From Candidatus Margulisiibacteriota bacterium (lineage in GTDB: Bacteria; Margulisbacteria; Marinamargulisbacteria; JBFWNS01), in assembly GCA_050250935.1 (NCBI GenBank), contig JBFWNS010000001.1:512122-576121 (forward strand): a stretch of DNA of 64,000 nucleotides, written 5' to 3'. Below are positions 57,156 to 64,000 of the stretch, piece after piece. The notes under the pieces were generated by a model, which was given only the letters and a program-made list of their open reading frames with translations, was not told where the DNA came from and did no database searches. The translations under genes and the position numbers were made by a program. Within the stretch, counting starts at the first letter, position 1; each line of letters starts with the position of its first letter.

Positions 57156-58754
57156 TCAGAGCGCTTTTATCTTAATTACAATCCCAGTCCCCCGACCCAT
57201 TTCAGAAGCCACAGAAATGCGTCCACCGGAGCTGGCAACGACTTTTCCCACAAAGGCCATTCCCAATCCATGACCCGTGGCCTTGCTGGTAAAGGATTGG
57301 CTGAAGAGTTTGGCTTGGACCTCTGGGCTCATGCCGGGGCCAGAGTCTTGGATGGAGAGTTCAAGGGTGTCGTTTTTTTGAGTGGCTCGAAACTGGAGGG
57401 TGTCGGTGGGGCGTTCGGGGTCTGCTTCTCGGGCTTCTTTGATGGCCTGGATGGCGTTGAGGGCTAGGTTCAAAAAGACCTGGAACCATTCGGATTCGTT
57501 GCCTTTGAAAGACAGGGTTTGAGGGCAGTCGATGGCGACTTCAATTTGAAGCATTCGGGTTTGAGCAATGAGTAATTCGGCGACGTTGGTGAAGAGCGCG
57601 TGGACGGTAATGGAGGTTTGTTCGGCTTGGCCCTTGTTGCCGTAGAGCATGATTTCGCTGAGGTGATGGAGCCGGGTTACACAGCTCAGAACCATGTCTC
57701 CAAACTTTTTGGCGATAGCGGGGTCTTCGTGGCCGACGGCGGGGCTGCCGAGTTGAATCATGCTCATTTGGTTTAGAATTTCGTGGGCAAAGCTTTTGCT
57801 GGCGGCGCCAAAGGCCGCTTCGTTGGCCAGTTTTTCGGCGGTTTCAATGGGGAGAATGAGGCGGTCGGTTTGGGTTTGGAGGTGGGTGCGGATGGGGTCG
57901 AAGGCAAACGCAAAGATTCCCAAGAGAAGTATAGAGAAAATGGTTTGTGAAAATAAGTTGTCCAGTATATGTGTCTGCCACAAGCTAAATTGAAGACCTA
58001 TGGTTATTACTGAAAAAAGGCAAAAGGTGATGGTAAATGCTAAGGTCTTGCTGACAGCCACTTTCATATTAAAGAGCTGGTGTTTGGTGATGCTGTATGC
58101 AACTGTTAAAGCCAATAAAGAAGGAGCTATTACACCAATTGGGTATAGCTTTATCCCAAAAACCAAAGGGAAAGTCGTTGCGCCACCGGTAAAACCAAGG
58201 ATCATTGACCCGAATAAAAGTCTCATTTGATCTTTGGGTAAATCATCACGTTCTAGGTAGGCCTTGTATAGCAAAAAAAGGCCAAAACAAACCAGCGCAG
58301 AGAATTGTAATGGAAAAAAGAAATAAAGTGGTCCTGCCACTGGATAAAGTGAAAACCAAGCAGCCGGCTTAACATCCGAAACAAAATAGGCGGGTAGAAG
58401 CAGGCATATACAGAAATAAACTGTGGTTATCGCAAAAAAAAATTTCAGTATGGCTCTTTTTTGAATATTGAGATAATTAAAAACAAATTGCAGGAAAAAA
58501 ATGGGTATGAAAATTGCAACCAGGTTTAAAAACCGAGCCCAAAATAATACCTCTGTTTTACTTTTAAATGTAAAGGCACAAAAAATACCTACTCCCCAAA
58601 GCCCTATAAAAAGTCCAAATAGTAGCCATGAAAAAATATCTGGTCGCCGGGTATTTTTTCGGACAATATAAGCTGTTAAAAAACATAAAGCAAAGATTAA
58701 TAGGCCGCTGATATTTAGATAATTTGGATGAAAGTAGAGTGATCCAATGCGCAT
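57156..58754 (-). CDS. Sensor histidine kinase HK1 (7TM sensor - HisKA - HATPase)
   Basis: Multi-TM N-terminus with AIFIPIFF and YSITKH; FAHEILNQ H-box; NLALNAIQA, IQDSGPGM, FTSK, GHGLGM. Confidence 0.9.
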   Translation of the reverse strand: MRIGSLYFHPNYLNISGLLIFALCFLTAYIVRKNTRRPDIFSWLLFGLFIGLWGVGIFCAFTFKSKTEVLFWARFLNLVAIFIPIFFLQFVFNYLNIQKRAILKFFFAITTVYFCICLLLPAYFVSDVKPAAWFSLYPVAGPLYFFFPLQFSALVCFGLFLLYKAYLERDDLPKDQMRLLFGSMILGFTGGATTFPLVFGIKLYPIGVIAPSLLALTVAYSITKHQLFNMKVAVSKTLAFTITFCLFSVITIGLQFSLWQTHILDNLFSQTIFSILLLGIFAFAFDPIRTHLQTQTDRLILPIETAEKLANEAAFGAASKSFAHEILNQMSMIQLGSPAVGHEDPAIAKKFGDMVLSCVTRLHHLSEIMLYGNKGQAEQTSITVHALFTNVAELLIAQTRMLQIEVAIDCPQTLSFKGNESEWFQVFLNLALNAIQAIKEAREADPERPTDTLQFRATQKNDTLELSIQDSGPGMSPEVQAKLFSQSFTSKATGHGLGMAFVGKVVASSGGRISVASEMGRGTGIVIKIKAL

Positions 58755-58764
58755 AGTGGTATGT

Positions 58765-58941
58765 CTAAAAAAACGGCTTACGATATACGTCCCGGCGGTG
58801 GGCTATTCTGAAAACGATAATTTGGCTTCCTTCAACGGTGTACAAAATTCGATAATCTCCCTCTCGAATGCGAAAGGCTTTGGACGCTCCGGCTAGTTCT
58901 TTGGCAGCGCTTATTCTAAGCGAAAGATTAAAGGCGGCCAC
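58765..58941 (-). pseudogene. RelE/ParE-family toxin with internal in-frame deletion (58 aa)
   Basis: Below ORF-track cutoff. GTG-AAFNLSLRISAAKELAGASKAFRIREGDYRILYTVEGSQIIVFRIAHRRDVYRKPFF; the usual central helix between AKEL and LAG is missing. Confidence 0.8.
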
Positions 58942-59146
58942 TTTTTTTAAGTTTGTTTTGCAAGGTGTCTATAGAAACGGTTTCTTCATGGTCTCTTTCA
59001 GCCAAAATGGTTAGATCGGCTAGATCTTCGATCAAATGTTGGTACACATCGAAGGTTAGCAAAACCATGCTTTTATTCCCTTGTTGATCCAAAACAAACT
59101 GGGGATTGAGTTGTGAATATTTTTTAAGGAGGTCTTGTTTTTTCAT
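58928..59146 (-). CDS. Putative type II antitoxin
   Basis: 72 aa, QFVLDQQGNKSMVLL..YQHLIEDLADL..; overlaps the RelE-like start by 14 nt. Confidence 0.75.
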   Translation of the reverse strand: MKKQDLLKKYSQLNPQFVLDQQGNKSMVLLTFDVYQHLIEDLADLTILAERDHEETVSIDTLQNKLKKSGRL

Positions 59147-59266
59147 GTCAAAAGGCTGCCTGTTTGTGGGTGTGTTTAAGAACCCAGTGCTCGTTTTATT
59201 GTACTTAAGCTCAAAAGCGGTTTCAAGCTAGTTTTTGGAAGTGGCTGGGCTGGTTGACAGTTAAAT

Positions 59267-59392
59267 CGTTGGTTACATTGCTCAGCCATCTAACTAACGA
59301 AAATCCGATCTTATGTAAGTTAGTCTATTGTAACTAACGCGGATGTTCGTTACACTTTTTTAAATAACATAAATTAATAAATTCGTTAGTTA
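59267..59392. promoter_or_regulatory. Four TAACTAACG boxes upstream of fic
   Basis: Forward at 59291 and 59331; reverse at 59384 and (one mismatch) 59267. Confidence 0.55.
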
Positions 59393-59397
59393 AGGAA

Positions 59398-60564
59398 GTG
59401 GTTATGAATAAGAAGGACCGTGTAGGGCGTTATGCCCAGTGTGTGGTAAAGACAGAATCGTATAAGGCGTATATCCCACAAAAACTGCCTCCAAAACCCG
59501 ATTTAGAGCTGGCGCCACTTTACAAACTATTGGATGAGGCGAACGCAGCGTTGGGGCGTTTGGATGGGATGAGATTTGTACTGCCAGACCCGTCTTTATT
59601 TTTGTATCTCTACATCCGAAAAGAGGCCCTTTTGTCTTCTCAAATTGAAGGCACCCAATCGTCTTTGTCTGATCTGCTTCTTTTTGAAGCAGAAGAAATG
59701 CCAGGCGTTCCTATCGAGGATGTGACGGAAGTTTCTTGTTATGTAGCTGCGATGAACTATGGATTGGCGAGGCTTAAAGCGTTTCCATTGTCTTTGCGGT
59801 TAATCCGAGAAATTCATGAAAAATTGATGACCCATTCCCGCGGTGGGCATAAAGCGCCTGGTGAATTTCGGCGATCTCAAAACTGGTTAGGGGGGTCCCG
59901 TCCTGGAAATGCCCGGTTTGTTCCCCCTCCACCTGAATATATTCTGGAACTATTGGGGGATCTTGAAAATTTTATTCATGATGAAACCATACAATTACCC
60001 GTGTTGGTTAAAGCCGCTTTGGTCCATGTTCAATTTGAAACCATTCACCCTTTTTTAGATGGAAATGGACGTCTGGGTCGTTTGTTAATTACGTTTATGC
60101 TCTGTGCCGAAGGGGTCTTACAAGAACCGTTGCTCTATTTAAGTTTGTATCTTAAATCAAACCGACAGGCTTATTATGATCATCTTCAACAGGTTCGGGA
60201 AACAGGCGATTGGGAAGGGTGGATTGTCTTTTTTTTAGAAGGAATTATTGAAACAGCAACACAAGCGACAGAAACGGCTCAGCGTATTTTGGCGCTGTTC
60301 CAACAAGACCATCATAAAATTGCTACCTCAGCAAAGGCTTCGAGAACAGCTTTGCAGGTGCATGCGTATTTGCAAAGGCATCCGGTGGTAACCACTTCTC
60401 ACCTGACAAAAGCCCTTAAAGTCGCATTGCCAACCATCTTAAGGGCCCTAGGACTCTTGCAAACGCAAGGCATCATTCGCGAAATTACAGGAAAAAAACG
60501 CCATCGCATTTTTGTTTATCACGACTATTTTGAAATTTTGAGTCAGGGGACGGAGCCTATTTAG
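59398..60564 (+). CDS. Fic family protein with N-terminal inhibitory helix and C-terminal HTH
   Basis: HPFLDGNGRLGR Fic motif; SSQIEG inhibitory motif. Confidence 0.95.
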   Translation: MVMNKKDRVGRYAQCVVKTESYKAYIPQKLPPKPDLELAPLYKLLDEANAALGRLDGMRFVLPDPSLFLYLYIRKEALLSSQIEGTQSSLSDLLLFEAEEMPGVPIEDVTEVSCYVAAMNYGLARLKAFPLSLRLIREIHEKLMTHSRGGHKAPGEFRRSQNWLGGSRPGNARFVPPPPEYILELLGDLENFIHDETIQLPVLVKAALVHVQFETIHPFLDGNGRLGRLLITFMLCAEGVLQEPLLYLSLYLKSNRQAYYDHLQQVRETGDWEGWIVFFLEGIIETATQATETAQRILALFQQDHHKIATSAKASRTALQVHAYLQRHPVVTTSHLTKALKVALPTILRALGLLQTQGIIREITGKKRHRIFVYHDYFEILSQGTEPI

Positions 60565-60782
60565 TTGTTTATAAGGTAACCACAGCCCTCTACCGCCTTT
60601 GCAACAAACGCCAGTCCTAGTCCGGCTTTGCTGGAAATGCTCTTGGAAAATTACAATCTCTGTTTTTCTTGCCGCTTCAGACGCCACAAAATTGGTTCGT
60701 CAGCCCTTTTTTCTGGTCAAAGGCCGCTTTTTTTGGAACAATAATCTATTTAACCTTCCAATTTTTTGACTAAGGAGCCGTT

Positions 60783-63599
60783 ATGTCTCGCTTTTGTTTT
60801 TTTAAATATCTTTCAACTTCTACCTCGACTTTGGATGCCTTTCACCGTTTAAAGGCGGAAAAAGTAGAGCTACGCAAGGCGTTGAAGGCCGAATTGCTAG
60901 AAAACCCACTAGAGACGCTGGATCGTTCCTTAACGCCTTATAATGAGAGACTTGTTAGAAAAGCATTCTCCCAAATGACTTATGAAGAGCAGCAACGGGT
61001 CTATTTGAAGGTCATCCAAGCCGGAACTCAGACTGCGGTTGCGTTTGTTTTGACCGAATTTGCGGGCCGATCTGTGAATTCCAAGTCTCCGTTTTTGGTG
61101 GCTTTGGAAGCGGGGCAGACCGATATTGCTTGTTTCTGTTTGGGCCGGTGTTCGGACGATTTGGTTAGCGAAGCCCTTCGACAAGAGAGCTCAGAAGCGT
61201 TGTCTTTTCTTTTAGAGAATAAATCCCTTTCGTTTAAAGAAGTGACAAGCCGGTTGCCTAGATCCGGATTTGTGGCTGCACATTTGGCCTTGGTTGTGGC
61301 TAAGTTTCCTGAACCTCGTTTTGAGGATATTGAAGCTTGCTCTTCGGTGGCTCGGGAACAGGTCTTGGCGGCATTGAAGTCTAATGGGGATTTGATGGAG
61401 AACTATAAAGTGCAGGCGTTGCGCGAAAACGCCAAGTGGGTAGAGGTTCTTTTTAAGGTCAGCCCGGACCGGGCTGATGCAGATGGCAATACAGTGGCCC
61501 ATCGGTTGGCAAGTAAGCAAGAGATCAAGGCCTTGCAACGATTGCGTTCGCTGGGGTGTTTGGGCGTTCCCGATGTTTTGGCCGTTAAAAATAAGGCAGG
61601 TCAAAATGTGCTTCATGTTTTGGCGCACTTAATGCCGCCGCCCGAGGGCTTAAAAGAGTTGTATTACAAGGCCAGTCAAGCTTTGTTTTTTGAGGCGGAC
61701 AATACGGGAAATACCGCCCTTCACCACGCAGCCCAAGTCGGTCAAGCCATGTTATTTACCGATTCTGATCTGAAAACCTCTGTTGTTATGCAATTCAGGG
61801 ATGTTTTTGAAACAAAAAATGAAGATCGTTTGTCGGTGTTCGAGTTGGCCATGCATGGGGAGCATGCTGAAATTGTTGCCGGAATTCAGAAGATTTGGCC
61901 AGGTGCCAATTTTAAGGTTCAAGGTCAGAATCCATTGATATTTGTTTTGGAAAAGGGTTTTCGCGACATGCTGGATTTGTTTGCTTTAAAGATAGAGGAG
62001 ATCGAAGATAAACAGGCTCTGGTTTTGGCCGTGCTTAAAGGGAAGCTGCTTCAGGATTGTTTTGCCATTGGCAGTGTCGGGCTGAAGGTTATGGCTGCCA
62101 TGGATGATGAAGCAACGGTGAGTGCCGTTATGGAAGATGTGCTAAAACGAAACGATATGGCGATGCTGCAGCAAATTGTGGAACTGCATTTTCAGTTTAA
62201 GTGGGGCGGCACGCCTCTTTTGCATCGGATTTGCCAACGACAGTGGGTTGAAGGGGCAAGATATGTTATCGAAAAAGAGGTTGATTTGAATTCGAAAAAC
62301 GTCTCTGAGCAGTTTGCACTTGATGTCGCCGTTGGGACGGGCAATCAGGCGATGGTAGTCTTGTTTGCACCTTACTCGAATGTGATGGAAGCGGTGTGCA
62401 GAAATCAAGCGACCGACTTGGCCGGGTGGGCTTTTGGGCAATATCCCCAGTACCGAACCCCAATGGCCTATGCCGAGGCCTATGCAACAAAAAATTCGGC
62501 TTTAATCCGGTGCTTGGAGCCGCTGTGTCAAACTGATGAGGATGAACAAACGAAGCTTCGGACAGGATCATTTAGCGTTGTACGCGCAGTCCCTGAAGGT
62601 AGATTTAATGTTGAGGGGGCTTTTGAAATAGCCACTCGTTTTGGCAATGTTGCGGGCTTGAGGGCGTTGGTTGATGCAGGACATACGTTGCCTGAATCGG
62701 TGTTGGCCTCTGCCATTCGTTTGCGCCAGACTGCTGTTGTAGAGTTCTATTTTGAACAGGCCCCAACGCCTAATGGTACTGAAGCAACGCTTGTTGTCGA
62801 GACGATGGGTGACGACAAACAGACCTATTTGAACCATTGTCTGAGTCTTGCGTATAGAGGGAACCTGGGACCACTGCAAAAGTTGGTCGCAAGGGGATAC
62901 GATTACGACCATACCCTAACGGGCTTAGAAATAGTGATGAAAAACACCGGGGATAAGGCTGTTGTGGAGTATTTTATTGCCGAATTTAAACCAGATGCCA
63001 CGGAATCTGAGAGGACAGAGGGTTCGACAGCCCTGCACGTGGCGGCGCGTTTGGGCAACGTTGTTGCAGGGAGACTCTTAATTTCGACCTATCCTCAGTT
63101 TAAAGAAAAACACACCAATGAGGGTTTAACGCCTTTGGCGGTTGCTGTGGTTCACAATCAATCAGCGTTTGTTGCCAAAGCTGTTGCGGAGTGGGGTTTA
63201 AATGTACATGCCGAGGACAGAGAGCGAAATTCTGTGCCCATGTTGGCTCTGCAGAACCATCATATCGAGTTGGCAAAAGAGTTGATTCCTAGTGTCGCAG
63301 TAAATCTTGGTCATCGCAATATCCATGGCCAAACCCTTCTAGACGCTGCTGCGGTTGCGACTACGTTGGATGGGCACCCCGATGTGACGGTTCTGACTCT
63401 ACTTTTGACTTCCTACTTGGAAAAATTCTCTCTTCAACAGATTGATGCTGCCTTTAAAACGGCAGAAGCCACGAGTGGCGATTTTGCAGAAGCGAAAAAG
63501 GCGTTATCCGATGCAAAAGAACGTCTTCGAACGATTTCCTCGCTGACCCGTTCCCAATCGGGAAGTCGACTGTCGCCAGTTGTTGTTGCTTCATCGTAG
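60783..63599 (+). CDS. Ankyrin-repeat protein
   Basis: DADGNTVAH, NKAGQNVLH, DNTGNTALHHAA, GTPLLH, EGSTALHVAA, EGLTPLAVAV, HGQTLLD; SD AAGGAG. Confidence 0.88.
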   Translation: MSRFCFFKYLSTSTSTLDAFHRLKAEKVELRKALKAELLENPLETLDRSLTPYNERLVRKAFSQMTYEEQQRVYLKVIQAGTQTAVAFVLTEFAGRSVNSKSPFLVALEAGQTDIACFCLGRCSDDLVSEALRQESSEALSFLLENKSLSFKEVTSRLPRSGFVAAHLALVVAKFPEPRFEDIEACSSVAREQVLAALKSNGDLMENYKVQALRENAKWVEVLFKVSPDRADADGNTVAHRLASKQEIKALQRLRSLGCLGVPDVLAVKNKAGQNVLHVLAHLMPPPEGLKELYYKASQALFFEADNTGNTALHHAAQVGQAMLFTDSDLKTSVVMQFRDVFETKNEDRLSVFELAMHGEHAEIVAGIQKIWPGANFKVQGQNPLIFVLEKGFRDMLDLFALKIEEIEDKQALVLAVLKGKLLQDCFAIGSVGLKVMAAMDDEATVSAVMEDVLKRNDMAMLQQIVELHFQFKWGGTPLLHRICQRQWVEGARYVIEKEVDLNSKNVSEQFALDVAVGTGNQAMVVLFAPYSNVMEAVCRNQATDLAGWAFGQYPQYRTPMAYAEAYATKNSALIRCLEPLCQTDEDEQTKLRTGSFSVVRAVPEGRFNVEGAFEIATRFGNVAGLRALVDAGHTLPESVLASAIRLRQTAVVEFYFEQAPTPNGTEATLVVETMGDDKQTYLNHCLSLAYRGNLGPLQKLVARGYDYDHTLTGLEIVMKNTGDKAVVEYFIAEFKPDATESERTEGSTALHVAARLGNVVAGRLLISTYPQFKEKHTNEGLTPLAVAVVHNQSAFVAKAVAEWGLNVHAEDRERNSVPMLALQNHHIELAKELIPSVAVNLGHRNIHGQTLLDAAAVATTLDGHPDVTVLTLLLTSYLEKFSLQQIDAAFKTAEATSGDFAEAKKALSDAKERLRTISSLTRSQSGSRLSPVVVASS

Positions 63600-63744
63600 G
63601 GTCTGCGCGCTTGGTTTTTCTATGATCCGGGTGAAGAGTAAAGGTTTGTTTTATTTTCTATAGATAATCACGTTGGTGATGGAGTGGCTCTGTGGTAGAC
63701 TACAAAGAAAAGCCCCCCGAACCGTGCGCACAAGGATCTTTTGA

Positions 63745-64000
63745 ATGAAAAAAACAAACCTTCATCTGGTTATTCGAGTGTTACTGTTGGCTTTGATGTC
63801 GCTAGGGCTAGTGGGCTGCGGCGACCAAATTTCGGAATCAACGGTATACCACGTGCCAAACTGGACGGCAGAAGGCAAGATCATCGCGTGGAAATCGACG
63901 GTTAAAACCCGCAAGACCCTGATCAGCAACAGCGAACCTGCCGGCGGCCGAGACAGCATTGTGGAAATGAACGCCGATGGCAGCGGAGAACGGGAGCTGT
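63745..64000 (+). CDS. Lipoprotein, TolB-like (partial, runs off window end)
   Basis: Not in ORF track. MKKTNLHLVIRVLLLALMSLGLVGC lipobox; PNWTAEGKI and MNADGSGEREL PD40-like motifs. Confidence 0.7.
   Translation, partial: MKKTNLHLVIRVLLLALMSLGLVGCGDQISESTVYHVPNWTAEGKIIAWKSTVKTRKTLISNSEPAGGRDSIVEMNADGSGEREL

Noticed and set aside
60700..60782. Sigma28-like promoter before the ankyrin gene
   Set aside because: Only a weak match (TCAAAG...AACAATAA); it lacks the CGATAA core seen at 2464 and 5055.

Overview
Bacterial chromosomal window from a diderm organism of about 45-50% GC (estimated by eye). Gene content (CdaA, YitT, AddB-like, LptD-like, PorV-like) would fit a Margulisiibacteriota/cyanobacteria-related lineage, but that is inference only. 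1-5 kb: two paralogous orphan membrane proteins, each behind the same sigma28-like promoter motif at identical spacing, flanking a HAD phosphatase. 5-33 kb: mostly housekeeping (dprA, dxr, cdsA, uppS, frr, pyrH, pnp, rpsO, addB-like, def, panD, lysA, cdaA, panB, aroA, tsaB, yitT, dnaB, lptD-like, a PI3/4-kinase-like ORF, rpsT, accDA, secDF). 33-46 kb: a PorV-like/FlgD-CTD pair, a tail-fibre-like protein and a signal-peptide-bearing Rhs toxin with immunity and orphan CT/immunity modules. 46-64 kb: a signalling island with receiver-only proteins, a non-cleavable XRE-S24 repressor, TA modules, Fic and an ankyrin protein. The most striking feature is at 50-58.8 kb: an array of 7TM histidine kinases interleaved with two unrelated candidate small-molecule signal synthases (a PhcB-like SAM methyltransferase and an alpha-oxoamine synthase). 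Two kinases have divergent sensor heads but share a 912-bp near-identical constant region. Recombination between these copies would swap which synthase/sensor pair is wired to that catalytic kinase tail, suggesting a cassette-switchable (polymorphic) quorum-sensing-like system. No rRNA, tRNA, CRISPR array or transposase was recognised.
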